Positions 38,191 through 47,630 of a DNA stretch of 64,000 nt are shown in pieces (within the stretch, counting starts at the first letter, position 1; every line of letters begins with the position of its first letter). Location of the stretch: the IMG/VR virus record IMGVR_UViG_3300011361_000001, positions 62,001 to 126,000 of that record, one strand, 5' to 3'. Position numbers and translations under genes: made by a program. The notes beneath the pieces were generated by a model. That model saw only the letters and a program-made list of their open reading frames with translations, did not search any database and was not told the DNA's origin. This stretch comes from an uncultured virus (IMG/VR IMGVR_UViG_3300011361_000001) (Duplodnaviria > Heunggongvirae > Uroviricota > Caudoviricetes).

Positions 38191-38693
38191 TGTTTAAGCT
38201 CGATCTGCGCACGATTCTGCTGTTGCTTGTTATGGCCGTTGTGGGCTGGACTCAGTGGAAGATTTACAATCAAGAGAGAACCATCTCGGACCTCAACACC
38301 TCGTTATCTGATTCGCAACAAAAGGTATCTAACCTCACAGAAGAGGTCAGTAACTTGCGTGAGCAAATGCGCATCGACAGGGAAGCGGTCAAGGGCTGGT
38401 TTGAACAAACCAACACGCTGCGTGAAGTGCAGCAAGGTCATCAGTCCGAGGTGAAAGATGTGCTCGCTAAGTTCCAGTACGAACTGGCCTTTACTGCCAA
38501 GCAAGCGAAAGCCATGGCAACCGAAAGTTCCGAACCCCAAGTACCTTCTTATCGCATTGGTGACAGCATCGCTGTTCCTGCTATTGACGGGATGTGGAAC
38601 GCGTTTACCGCCACCGGAGCCTACGCAGGACCTGCCTTCACAGATCCCGCTACCGTTCCAGAAAAAGGCACCGCTTCAGCCGCCGCCAGATAG
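38190..38693 (+). CDS. Inner-membrane spanin (Rz-like)
   Basis: N-terminal transmembrane segment followed by a coiled coil. Overlapped by a lipoprotein ORF in another frame. Confidence 0.75.
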   Translation: MFKLDLRTILLLLVMAVVGWTQWKIYNQERTISDLNTSLSDSQQKVSNLTEEVSNLREQMRIDREAVKGWFEQTNTLREVQQGHQSEVKDVLAKFQYELAFTAKQAKAMATESSEPQVPSYRIGDSIAVPAIDGMWNAFTATGAYAGPAFTDPATVPEKGTASAAAR

Positions 38694-38853
38694 AGCTACA
38701 TTCCTGGCTGCAACCCCTGAAGAACAGCTGTTGATGGTCACGTTGGCCTACATGGTTCAAACCGAAAACCTAGGCCTTTGCTTCGCAACGCAAGACTCTT
38801 TCCAGAAATGGTATGAGGAAACAGCCAAGAGGGCTAACTTGCGAGGTAAGTAA
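38458..38853 (+). CDS. Outer-membrane spanin (Rz1-like lipoprotein)
   Basis: GAGGTG RBS, hydrophobic signal ending in the lipobox LTG|C, Pro-rich mature part, overlaps the i-spanin 3' half. Confidence 0.75.
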   Translation: MCSLSSSTNWPLLPSKRKPWQPKVPNPKYLLIALVTASLFLLLTGCGTRLPPPEPTQDLPSQIPLPFQKKAPLQPPPDRATFLAATPEEQLLMVTLAYMVQTENLGLCFATQDSFQKWYEETAKRANLRGK

Positions 38854-38854
38854 C

Positions 38855-39262
38855 ATGAACATCGGTGGGGCGTTGGGTACAGCTGGGAAGCGCCCGTTGG
38901 GGGAGTTCGATTGGGGGGAAACGATTGTCGAGATCTGCAACAGCCATTTGAGTGAGAAATCTCAATTGTTGTTGACCGACTCGGGGAATGACGCATACAC
39001 CAAGATAATGGCTTTAAAGGGCGTTGTCCGAGTAAAGCTGTTGTCGATGGAAGTAGGTTCTATCCTTGAGGGTGGGGCTAAAGCTAAATCGAATTACGTT
39101 CGGATTGGCTTGGTCATGCTCTCGGTCGTCATGGCAATGATCAGTACATTTGCCACCTATCATTTTAACCCTAATGGCGTAGGGGATGAGCAAAAGTCGC
39201 AGTTGACTGAGTTAGTGGTCACGACTGTTAAGGCGTTGCTTGCAGTGGTTGTAGGTATGTGA
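38855..39262 (+). CDS. Membrane protein, holin candidate
   Basis: Two hydrophobic segments in the C-terminal half. Lies between the spanins and the endolysin. Confidence 0.45.
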   Translation: MNIGGALGTAGKRPLGEFDWGETIVEICNSHLSEKSQLLLTDSGNDAYTKIMALKGVVRVKLLSMEVGSILEGGAKAKSNYVRIGLVMLSVVMAMISTFATYHFNPNGVGDEQKSQLTELVVTTVKALLAVVVGM

Positions 39263-39305
39263 CGGCATACAGGGAGGCTCACGCCTCCCTGTAGCTTTTA
39301 TGCCG
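39263..39305. terminator. Convergent terminator hairpin
   Basis: tacagggagg-ctcacg-cctccctgta, flanked by CGGCATA and TATGCCG. Confidence 0.65.
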
Positions 39306-40017
39306 CTTTCACACGGATGTTAGCAGGATGCAGACCCTGTACCAGCTTTTGCTCAACCTTAAAGGCCGCTTCGGCTTTGGTGATCAGACCGTCTTTGTTC
39401 AGATCCAGTCCCCGGTTTTGGATGTACGCTTTGCCGGGTTTACTTTCAGAGAACAACACGTAGTCTTCCGGTTTGCCAACCGCTACGGGCCAAAGTATGC
39501 GCATGTAGATGTCAGACAACACTTTGATCTTACCGGCGTAAGGCTGGAAGAATTTCTGTACGTATTCCAGTTGTTCCTCAGCTGTCATTTTGATCAGCTT
39601 AGCGGTAGTCGTACCGACGTCAGTCGCAGCGGCTGCACCGAATTGAATCAGTCCGTAGTACGGAGCACCGGCGCCGTTTTTGATCGAGGGACTGAAGGTC
39701 TCACCCGACTCAAACGCCATACACGCCATCAGTTGATCAGCACCCTGCCAACCGAGCTTCAACTCAACCGCCATGCGGTTAACCCGAGCGACGAACGCAT
39801 CCGAAACGCGATCCGACCATGCTGCAGCTTGACAGTAAGCAAACAACACACCAGACATGTCAACGGGTGCGACTTTCTTACCTGTTGCAAGACGACGCGC
39901 GTTAACAAACGCACCGTGTGAGGCAGGACCCCACAACCCGTCAATCAGACCGGTGTACAAACCCAACGCTTTCATTGAGCGCTGCAGGTCTTTCAAAGTT
40001 TCTTTGGTTACTGCCAT
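39298..40017 (-). CDS. Endolysin: PG-binding domain plus lysozyme-fold catalytic domain
   Basis: N-terminal LQ..M...G.Y.G.IDG.WGP.S (PG_binding_1-like), catalytic CMAFES...GLIQF, and N.GLD.N.DG.IT. AGGTG RBS. Confidence 0.85.
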   Translation of the reverse strand: MAVTKETLKDLQRSMKALGLYTGLIDGLWGPASHGAFVNARRLATGKKVAPVDMSGVLFAYCQAAAWSDRVSDAFVARVNRMAVELKLGWQGADQLMACMAFESGETFSPSIKNGAGAPYYGLIQFGAAAATDVGTTTAKLIKMTAEEQLEYVQKFFQPYAGKIKVLSDIYMRILWPVAVGKPEDYVLFSESKPGKAYIQNRGLDLNKDGLITKAEAAFKVEQKLVQGLHPANIRVKAA

Positions 40018-40029
40018 GATTATCACCTG

Positions 40030-40518
40030 TTAAACAATGACTGCCCACCGGGCAGTAAGAGGTATTGGAGTTGGAAACACCCACTGGAAATACGTCCGGT
40101 TACCCGAACGAAAATTACGGATGTTCTGTCCTACAATACCGTTGACGTAGATGGTCCTTAACGACATGTCAGGAACCTTACCTACTACACACAATTCGAG
40201 CCATTGAAAAGGCCCAACACCCAAGTTGCTTGAGCTTCCTGTCAGAAAGGACTCGACCGTATTACCTGCAAGGATAGACGGTGCACTTGAGACCCCATAC
40301 GTTGAACCCCACACTGTATTGTAACCGTGTAAAGTTCCGTTGATGTTACTGCCCACCGTGATCGTGGTATCCCACAATTGCGCCACAATAACACTGACCA
40401 GATCAGCCCAACGACCGTTGACCTTAATCTGTATACGAATAGCGGGACGCCAACGCCCACCCAGTTTAACAAATCGCCCAATCCCATTAACCCACCTTCC
40501 TCCATGCTTCACTATCAC
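40030..40518 (-). CDS. Putative fibre-tip/adhesin paralogue 1
   Basis: Three N-terminal K.GG.W repeats and a beta-rich C-domain shared with the next two ORFs. Confidence 0.6.
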   Translation of the reverse strand: MIVKHGGRWVNGIGRFVKLGGRWRPAIRIQIKVNGRWADLVSVIVAQLWDTTITVGSNINGTLHGYNTVWGSTYGVSSAPSILAGNTVESFLTGSSSNLGVGPFQWLELCVVGKVPDMSLRTIYVNGIVGQNIRNFRSGNRTYFQWVFPTPIPLTARWAVIV

Positions 40519-40634
40519 GACTCAGTCCCCTCGACCACCGCGTGAAACTCACTTACTTAAAACTCAAGTGCTCTCTTTGGTTAATAATGAAATTCACGTA
40601 AGCCTTCAAACCCCCGTTTGAAATACTTACCCCT

Positions 40635-41135
40635 TTACGTATTAACGACCCACTGTCCTGTGGCGGGCAGTGCGACGTCGAACGTCCAGTTTAAATAGGT
40701 CCGGTTCTGTTCAGCCAAATAGGCGTTACGAACCAATCGACCTATGTGTCCGTTGATGGTCATGTCGCCTGCGTAAGTACCGCTGACGTTACCCTCAACT
40801 GCCATCTCAATCCACATCCGAGGTCCCACCCCAGTGAAGTCTTTACTGCCGGTGATCATGTACTGGACACGATGACCGGTTTTCAAGTTAGGGACGGTGG
40901 TGCTACCGTAAGGACTGGACGTAATATGGTTGAATCCGTACTGGATGTAACTGCCGGCGTTGAGTGTTCCGACGGTTACTGTGGCGGCGTAAAGATTATT
41001 CAGTATCCCCCGATACAGAAACTCAATCCACCGACCCCCTTGTTTGACCAAATAACGAACGGGCTTCTTCCACACCCCACCTTGTTTTACTAACGGTATG
41101 GTGTTGATCCAAGCCCCTGCAAGTTTGAGTTTCAT
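40635..41135 (-). CDS. Putative fibre-tip/adhesin paralogue 2
   Basis: K.(A/G)G.W three times, plus shared TVG, YG, ITGS, W.E, ING..G, RTY..W.F and W.V motifs. Confidence 0.6.
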   Translation of the reverse strand: MKLKLAGAWINTIPLVKQGGVWKKPVRYLVKQGGRWIEFLYRGILNNLYAATVTVGTLNAGSYIQYGFNHITSSPYGSTTVPNLKTGHRVQYMITGSKDFTGVGPRMWIEMAVEGNVSGTYAGDMTINGHIGRLVRNAYLAEQNRTYLNWTFDVALPATGQWVVNT

Positions 41136-41147
41136 GACAAGTACCTG

Positions 41148-41642
41148 TTAAGTGTTGACGGACCACTGACCCGACAATGACAACGGTTTATCAAACACCC
41201 AACCAATGAATGTTCGAGCACCCCCACTGGTACCTTCGCTAACACTCACCAAACGTCCGTAGTTACCATTGATCGTGATGTCACCTATCTGGTTGGCCAC
41301 GTGCATCAAACTTCCTTCAATCACCATCTCCATCCATTGGTACGCAGGTGCACCGTAATAAGGCTTACTGCCGGTGATCAACGAAACCATCTTGTTAACG
41401 AATTTAGAGGCTGTCGGATTGGCTGAACCTAGGTTGGTTGAGTAACCGTATACGACGTAGCTACTGGTGACAGTTCCAATGGTGACGGTACCGTTATAGA
41501 GACTGTTGAGTATCCCTTTTAGGTAATCGTCTTTCCACACCCCGTTGTGTTTTACTAGGGTACGGTAAGGATAACACCAGGCACCCAAATGCTTGATGCG
41601 TAAGGATAACGTTTTCCAAACCCCCGCTTGTTTGACTTTCAT
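41148..41642 (-). CDS. Putative fibre-tip/adhesin paralogue 3
   Basis: Same motif set, AAGGAG RBS. Confidence 0.6.
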   Translation of the reverse strand: MKVKQAGVWKTLSLRIKHLGAWCYPYRTLVKHNGVWKDDYLKGILNSLYNGTVTIGTVTSSYVVYGYSTNLGSANPTASKFVNKMVSLITGSKPYYGAPAYQWMEMVIEGSLMHVANQIGDITINGNYGRLVSVSEGTSGGARTFIGWVFDKPLSLSGQWSVNT

Positions 41643-41677
41643 AAAGGCTCCTTAAGTTCCCCCTTCTCATAAAATTC

Positions 41678-41720
41678 GTCATAAAAGGTCACCTAAGGAG
41701 GCCGAAGCCTCCTTAGTGAC
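41678..41720 (-). terminator. Terminator of the radical SAM cluster
   Basis: On the - strand: gtcactaaggaggc-ttcg-gcctccttaggtgac followed by ctttt. Confidence 0.75.
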
Positions 41721-42274
41721 TATAGACAATTGAAGTAGTAATCGCTGACCAACGTTAACCGCATCTGGTCTTTTACTGGAGGCACGTAGTGCTCCAAGTA
41801 GCTTGGAAGAATCACCAAGTCACCGGCTTTGGGTGAGTAATGATGCTGACCGAAATAGCTGTCACGAATCTCACGAGGATACCCTCGACACGCATTTCCC
41901 CGAGGGTCGTACAAGACGATCTCAGAGTCGTAATCGCCCAGATACAAGATCGTGGTAACCGCCGAACTGCCGTGCAAGTGTGCCCCTAACGCTTTGCCTT
42001 CAGGCAGCCAACGACCAAAGCTTTCTACCTGTACCGTTTGGTACTTGTAGTTGAACTCTTGGTGGATGAAATCAATCACAGCCGGTGTGATCAACCGCTG
42101 CCTTACATCAACGATCAACCGGAACTCTTGATCAGTCGGTGTATAAGGTTTGTCATCATCTGAGGCCACCATGTAACTTAACGCTAGGACTTCATCAGCC
42201 AGTTGCATTAAGTCACAATGGTCTTTAAGGTTCACCACCCCAATGCGTGTGCGCCACGGTTCGATTATCTGCAT
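41720..42274 (-). CDS. 2OG-Fe(II) oxygenase (TIGR02466-like)
   Basis: HLH...Y...DPRG...P.AG.LVI.PSYLEH.V...R.T facial-triad pattern. Confidence 0.8.
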   Translation of the reverse strand: MQIIEPWRTRIGVVNLKDHCDLMQLADEVLALSYMVASDDDKPYTPTDQEFRLIVDVRQRLITPAVIDFIHQEFNYKYQTVQVESFGRWLPEGKALGAHLHGSSAVTTILYLGDYDSEIVLYDPRGNACRGYPREIRDSYFGQHHYSPKAGDLVILPSYLEHYVPPVKDQMRLTLVSDYYFNCL

Positions 42275-42825
42275 TGTTCCTCCACCACCAAATCGGTGAC
42301 TAACGACAGACGCAGTTCAGGATCATGTCCACCCACACAATGCGTTAAGTACGCCGGGAAGATCACTAACTGACCAGCCTGAGGTTCATGACGGAAGTTA
42401 GCAAAGTGGTGGTCCCGAACGGCTTGTGGAAAACCCCGACTGCTGCTACCACGCGGGTCCAACGCAATCAGGGGTGCTTCACCACTGATGGGATAGAACA
42501 CCGAACTTAAGGTGGAGAAGCTGTGTTGATGCGGCTCCATTCCACGTCCGTCAGTTAACGACAACGCAAAGTGCTGGAAGTAATGTGGGTACTTGTCCAG
42601 ATCCACCTGATACACTTCCTGCATGTATTGCTTCAGGATGGGTCGAATAACGTCTTCCTGTAAGGCCTGCAACACCGCAGTCCCGTCAGCAACCACCTCG
42701 GTCAATTCCTCTCCCGTCGGGACGGTGAGCATGGCCTGAGTGATTGCCTCAAGGTCACACCGATCGCTGAGGTCGACAGTCCAGATAACAGTGTTCCACG
42801 GTTGATGACGAACGATTTTACCCAT
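42265..42825 (-). CDS. 2OG-Fe(II) oxygenase (TIGR02466-like), paralogue
   Basis: PHQH...S.V.Y...DPRG...PQAGQLVIFPAYLTH.V...R.S. Start at MGKIVRH (GGAG RBS). Confidence 0.8.
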   Translation of the reverse strand: MGKIVRHQPWNTVIWTVDLSDRCDLEAITQAMLTVPTGEELTEVVADGTAVLQALQEDVIRPILKQYMQEVYQVDLDKYPHYFQHFALSLTDGRGMEPHQHSFSTLSSVFYPISGEAPLIALDPRGSSSRGFPQAVRDHHFANFRHEPQAGQLVIFPAYLTHCVGGHDPELRLSLVTDLVVEEQCR

Positions 42826-43255
42826 TGACACGCTCCAACCCTTCAGCGGTACATTCCAACCGGAAGTACTCAGCCGACATCGGTGCCCAACCCCCATCGA
42901 TCCAATTTGGCATCTTAGCAAGTTCTGCCAGAATGGCTTCGTAGGTGTCAGGGTCTTGGCTGTAGATCACAAAGAAATCATCGTGACCTAAAAACAGATC
43001 CGAGTCATCCAAGCTTTCACGCAACGGGATGCCGTATTCCTTTTCCAACAAGGTGGCGTAGATGATAGCCACAGCGTAGCTCTTAGCCGGATACACCAGC
43101 GGGAACTCAGCCTTACGGAAATAGTTCAAGGCGTTCTGAACCAGTTCTTCTTTGCGTACCCAGTCCATGTTCTCGAAGTCGTCAGCGTGTTCACGTACGA
43201 GCTCGTGGTATAGACGTTGGTACAGTTTGTAGTCGTGTTCAACAGGTGTGTTCAT
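42818..43255 (-). CDS. Hypothetical accessory protein of the radical SAM cluster
   Basis: 145 aa, overlaps both neighbouring genes. Confidence 0.7.
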   Translation of the reverse strand: MNTPVEHDYKLYQRLYHELVREHADDFENMDWVRKEELVQNALNYFRKAEFPLVYPAKSYAVAIIYATLLEKEYGIPLRESLDDSDLFLGHDDFFVIYSQDPDTYEAILAELAKMPNWIDGGWAPMSAEYFRLECTAEGLERVNG

Positions 43256-44337
43256 GGGAGTTGTCTACTGCTAATTAGGTTGTCAAGTTCAGTGCCGCAG
43301 TATTGCAGTTCTTTGCCGTATTCACGATGTAAGTCATGACGATTTTTGATCCCGAGCGGACAGTGATCAATGTTCAAGTACCGCATGGTGGTGTGAAGAT
43401 CACCGTGGGTACAGACGTTAACGTGACAGCAATCGCCACACACCGGATGGTCTGTGAACTTGGTGAGGTTTTCAATGTACTGGTTTTGCCGATAGTCCAT
43501 CACCTGCTCGGCATCCCATGGTTTAGGGATTTCGTAGAAGGGGTCAAAGATGGGAAACTTTTCCATCACCACAGGGATGTGATATAACACCCCATCACGA
43601 TACCCTAACTCGACACCGTCAAACGGATCGTGTAACAGGTGACCTACAAACTTGGAGTCGTGGTCTGCAATCACTTGCGTGAACTTGTAGACATCGTGTT
43701 TGAATTCATCGTGACGCAGCAGGTTTTCAAACCCATTACGCGAGTGGGTGAAGGTGTAGTCTTTAATGGTCCTAACCCCCAGATCCAAACTCATGATGTG
43801 GTGGTGATACTCAGGATTAAAGACCGCGATGTTCTCACGGAACATGTTGATCGTAAGGTAAACACTGCGCAGCGTAGACTTGTGCAGGTGACTGGCAAAC
43901 AGCTGGACTCGGTCTCGCAACAAAGCTAAGTACTTCTGGTTGTAGCTGTGCTTAACCGTTAAGGGAACGACCAATCGAACCCCTTTACCCGCCATCAGTT
44001 CGTCAACCAGTTGGGCCAGTTCTGCAATCCCGTCATCACGCAGCATCGCCATCGTTAAGACCACGGTTTTAAAGCGATCCGCCATCCCTTGAATCAGGTC
44101 ACTGCGCATCACCTCCCAACCGTTTTTAGCCGACAGGACATCAGTGGGGGCAAGGCTGAACTCAAATGGTCGAAAGCCTTTACTGTGTAAGTCATCCACC
44201 AGTTGAAACAAACGCGTGGCTTCGTCTTCAGCAACCACGTCAGGCTTGTGGTCTTTGTCAACGGTACAGCCACCACAGTGGTAGTTACACCCTTCTAATA
44301 CCTCAAGGGTTAGATTGATGTCACACAACCGATCCAT
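43252..44337 (-). CDS. Atypical radical SAM/SPASM-like protein
   Basis: CNYHCGGC triad, no GGE motif (SLAPTD instead), C-terminal CGDCCHVNVC...C. Confidence 0.7.
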   Translation of the reverse strand: MDRLCDINLTLEVLEGCNYHCGGCTVDKDHKPDVVAEDEATRLFQLVDDLHSKGFRPFEFSLAPTDVLSAKNGWEVMRSDLIQGMADRFKTVVLTMAMLRDDGIAELAQLVDELMAGKGVRLVVPLTVKHSYNQKYLALLRDRVQLFASHLHKSTLRSVYLTINMFRENIAVFNPEYHHHIMSLDLGVRTIKDYTFTHSRNGFENLLRHDEFKHDVYKFTQVIADHDSKFVGHLLHDPFDGVELGYRDGVLYHIPVVMEKFPIFDPFYEIPKPWDAEQVMDYRQNQYIENLTKFTDHPVCGDCCHVNVCTHGDLHTTMRYLNIDHCPLGIKNRHDLHREYGKELQYCGTELDNLISSRQLP

Positions 44338-45355
44338 GCTCGACCCCCACCATACAGTCTTTGATGCTCAGACGCTCCATAAGGCTCGTGATGCCCTTCT
44401 CGTTGCAACTGCTAAGATACACACAGTTCATGCACTGCGTGCCTTCTAGGTGCTCCAGAGAGCTTTGCTGGGCCTTTGTACGGATAGTTAACAAGTGCTC
44501 CATCGTCCACGGGCGAGGAATCTCGAAAAACGGGTCGATAAAGGCGCAGTCGTCTTTCAAGAACGGCACCCAATACAACTTACCATCCGTATAGAGCAGG
44601 TTCATCATGGTCCCGGTGTCATAACACAGATCCGGGTTCTGTCGACGCTCATCCTCCCCTTCCAACTCTTTGTAGAAGTCAGAGATCAGATAAGACATCC
44701 GGCGCATCGTTTGACCGAGCAGCAGGTCTTTAACTTCTTTACGGCCATACGGGATGTTCAAGATGTCATCTTTGTCGACAGGGAACTCTACATCCAATCC
44801 ATTGATCAGATTCTCGATGTAGTGCTCGTTCATGGTCTCGGTGGTACAGTTGACCACAAAGCCTGCTTCATTTAAGTACGCCGACTTAAACGCCGCTTGT
44901 GCATGGCGCATGCGGTGTACTATGCCGTCTGAGAACTTGGTGTTACGAAAGTAGTCAGGAGCGGCCGGGATCAAAAACCGAATGCGTTGCCCTGGAGCGG
45001 CTGCATCCACTTCCGCACACATCTCATCGTACAACTCCAGACGTTTCTCAAGCATCGCCATCTGAAGAGTGAACTGATGGAACATGTGAATGATTTCGCG
45101 TACCACCGGATCACGCAACACTTGGTAGGCGTTGGTGGACGACATGGTGTCGGTTGCCCCAAGACCTAAGTCAAAGGCTACGTACCCTGCCTGGACCATC
45201 TCTTTGAGCAACGCCAGAATCTCTGGCATGTCAGCAAGGTTGCCACCGATCTCACGGTTGACCATACAACCGCTACAATGGTGGTTACACCCCTCGTACA
45301 GATCGAGGGTGATCTCTAGGCGTTGACGATGGGGAACTATCATAGCTCGCTCCAT
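44321..45355 (-). CDS. Atypical radical SAM/SPASM-like protein
   Basis: CNHHCSGC triad, no GGE motif (GLGATD instead), C-terminal CMNCVYLSSC...C. Confidence 0.7.
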   Translation of the reverse strand: MERAMIVPHRQRLEITLDLYEGCNHHCSGCMVNREIGGNLADMPEILALLKEMVQAGYVAFDLGLGATDTMSSTNAYQVLRDPVVREIIHMFHQFTLQMAMLEKRLELYDEMCAEVDAAAPGQRIRFLIPAAPDYFRNTKFSDGIVHRMRHAQAAFKSAYLNEAGFVVNCTTETMNEHYIENLINGLDVEFPVDKDDILNIPYGRKEVKDLLLGQTMRRMSYLISDFYKELEGEDERRQNPDLCYDTGTMMNLLYTDGKLYWVPFLKDDCAFIDPFFEIPRPWTMEHLLTIRTKAQQSSLEHLEGTQCMNCVYLSSCNEKGITSLMERLSIKDCMVGVEHGSVV

Positions 45356-46266
45356 TTAACAATGAGGTTGTGAAATCCATTACAGGATTCGTTTAGATCC
45401 ACCACAGGTCGCAAGTGTTCAGAGAGACAACTGCCGAAGTAGTTACACTTACCACAGACGGGGTTGTGACTGACGCGTTGCTTTTCAGACTGACACCATT
45501 TCACGTACCCGGCGATCCCTTGAACGGGGAGAAAGTATTCACGGTCCTGGTCATCAAACTCTAAGACGGCGAACTCAGCTTTGGGTGTGATATACAGGTG
45601 GTCATCACTGAAGGCGTTACGGGTCCCTGCCAAGACATCTTGCAAAAGGAACTCGTTCTCCACCTCGAAGCTGCGATCCGGGTGAGTCAATACACCGTAG
45701 ACAAAGTTTTCAAACTCGCTGAAGGTGACGGTGTCAGCGTTGGCTTGGTTAGTGCTATAGGGTTTGAACTCCACCCCATACATTTGTCCCAACAGGTTAA
45801 ACGTCTGCACACACTCGTCCACACTGACGGTATCGAGTAGTTTGCGACTGACCAGCGTCAGCACTCGGTATTCACGAGGCAAGGTGAGCATGTTTTCAAA
45901 GACTTTATCAGCCTTCTCGCGTGCCCCGAAGTCATACGAAACCGACAACGTGATGTCAGGGTCCAGTGCGGTTTCATTGACCAACGACAGGTTCGTATTG
46001 ATGTTGATGTCGGTACAACCGGCCTCACGCACCAAGGCTAACAAGTTCTCTCGATACCGTTGCGGGAGTAGCAACACCTCACCCCCGTAGATGTCGACAT
46101 GTTCGATCCTGTAGTGTTCAGAGATCTCAGCCAGCATCACCTTCAACCGGTCCAACGACAACAGGGTGACATCGCTCAGTTGCTGCTCTGTCAGGTAACA
46201 GAAGCTGCACCGGAAGTTGCAGTAGTACACCGGATTCAGAGAGAGGGTGATACTGGGCTTGCTCAT
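45340..46266 (-). CDS. Radical SAM protein with C-terminal Cys cluster
   Basis: CNFRCSFC, YGGE, TNLS, and CGKCNYFGSCLSEH...C. Confidence 0.9.
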   Translation of the reverse strand: MSKPSITLSLNPVYYCNFRCSFCYLTEQQLSDVTLLSLDRLKVMLAEISEHYRIEHVDIYGGEVLLLPQRYRENLLALVREAGCTDININTNLSLVNETALDPDITLSVSYDFGAREKADKVFENMLTLPREYRVLTLVSRKLLDTVSVDECVQTFNLLGQMYGVEFKPYSTNQANADTVTFSEFENFVYGVLTHPDRSFEVENEFLLQDVLAGTRNAFSDDHLYITPKAEFAVLEFDDQDREYFLPVQGIAGYVKWCQSEKQRVSHNPVCGKCNYFGSCLSEHLRPVVDLNESCNGFHNLIVKWSEL

Positions 46267-46270
46267 GACA

Positions 46271-47380
46271 CTATCCTTTAAAAATCAACTGCAGACTTTC
46301 ATCCACATACGGCGTAGGTTCTAAGATCCCCTCCATACCGTTCATGCGAATGATGGCTGGGGCGTTGGCTTTCATAGCACGACAGTGTTGTTCCACAAGA
46401 CCCAAACGTTTGGTATCGGCAATAGTCTTTTTGCAACCATTACATAACTCAAACATCGGACAGGTGTAACAGGAGTTTTTCAAACTGTCTAACTCAAACT
46501 GCTGAAGTGGGGTGAAGAACTCGCCCGCCATCTCACGTTTGAAGTCGATCGCGTTCTGCTGATCATCCCCGAAGTGACCACAGCTGTAGTAACCACCCCC
46601 AGGCTGCAAAGTGCGGATACCCGAATCACAATCACGCGAAGTCGGACAGGTTGTAGAGTGACCTTGGAGTTTCTTTGCCACCTGTTTGGTGTTGTACTCC
46701 CACTGCATCAAGCCGGCTTCAAAGATCTCCACGTAGTGACTATACATCTCTCCACGGGTGTACAGTTTGTCTGCGTTACCCATGGTTACACCACCGACCA
46801 CGACTTCTTCACCTGAGGCATTGGCGTAGTTGAGTTTACACTCCACCCCTAAACGCTGAGCCAGACGCACTGTGTCTAACACCGTGTGGGCGTTCGTGTG
46901 ATCGATCACCGCAATGAAGTCAGGCCGGTACCCTACGTGTTCGAGCATGGCATCACTGCAGGCAATGAAGTCTTCCTCAGTAAAGACTGAGCCGTCCCCT
47001 TTGCGTCGGCCGTCTCCGTATTGAAACGAGGTCGTGACCCCAACCCGAGGGTGATTGAACAAACCTTTCCACAACTCAGGCTTTTTGTAGAAGGGCCAGA
47101 GGTTGGTCGTAAAGCTGATACTGGCCTCAGAACCCAACTCATCTAACAACGCAATCAGGTCCCAGTAAAACTGAGGAGGCATCATCAGCGGATCACCACC
47201 GTTTAAGATGATGGTCTGGGTTTCAGGAAAGCGTTTGATGAATTGACGAATTTCATCTAACTGTACACGGTCCTTAGGATCTTCGGACAGGTACGTACTG
47301 GAGCAGAAGGTGCACCGAAAATTGCAAGAACTCGTTGGTTTCAATATGAGATCGATTTTAGTTCTCCTTAAATTTGGCAA
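46271..47380 (-). CDS. Radical SAM/SPASM protein
   Basis: KPTSSCNFRCTFC, GGDPL, TTNL, and SPASM-like C...C...YSC...CYTC..FELCNGC...C. TTG start with a GAGGA RBS. Confidence 0.9.
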   Translation of the reverse strand: MPNLRRTKIDLILKPTSSCNFRCTFCSSTYLSEDPKDRVQLDEIRQFIKRFPETQTIILNGGDPLMMPPQFYWDLIALLDELGSEASISFTTNLWPFYKKPELWKGLFNHPRVGVTTSFQYGDGRRKGDGSVFTEEDFIACSDAMLEHVGYRPDFIAVIDHTNAHTVLDTVRLAQRLGVECKLNYANASGEEVVVGGVTMGNADKLYTRGEMYSHYVEIFEAGLMQWEYNTKQVAKKLQGHSTTCPTSRDCDSGIRTLQPGGGYYSCGHFGDDQQNAIDFKREMAGEFFTPLQQFELDSLKNSCYTCPMFELCNGCKKTIADTKRLGLVEQHCRAMKANAPAIIRMNGMEGILEPTPYVDESLQLIFKG

Positions 47381-47402
47381 GGTCCTCTATAGGTCCATAA
47401 AA

Positions 47403-47630
47403 CTACTCTTCTACCTTCATGATTTCATTCGGTGCTACCCAAAAAGGCTCGGTCCCTTCAACAGACTTAGAGACTTGATAGGCGTAGAGGGCTTTGTCAT
47501 TGACCTGGGTGATGTAGAGCACGTCAGCACGTTGGGCGTGGACACGGGTTTTACCTTTCACGCCTGCTAAACTCTCAGACGTGATTTCATATAGGGCGTA
47601 AACTTTGTCACCAACTTTAAGGGGGAACAT
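47403..47630 (-). CDS. Small hypothetical protein
   Basis: GGAGG RBS before ATG 47630. The LKVGDKVY...FWV sequence has an SH3/KOW-like look. Confidence 0.6.
   Translation of the reverse strand: MFPLKVGDKVYALYEITSESLAGVKGKTRVHAQRADVLYITQVNDKALYAYQVSKSVEGTEPFWVAPNEIMKVEE

Noticed and set aside
40519..40634. Remnant of a fourth adhesin paralogue in the gap
   Set aside because: Only a short match (caaacgggggtttga versus caagcgggggtttgg), equally explained by a small hairpin.
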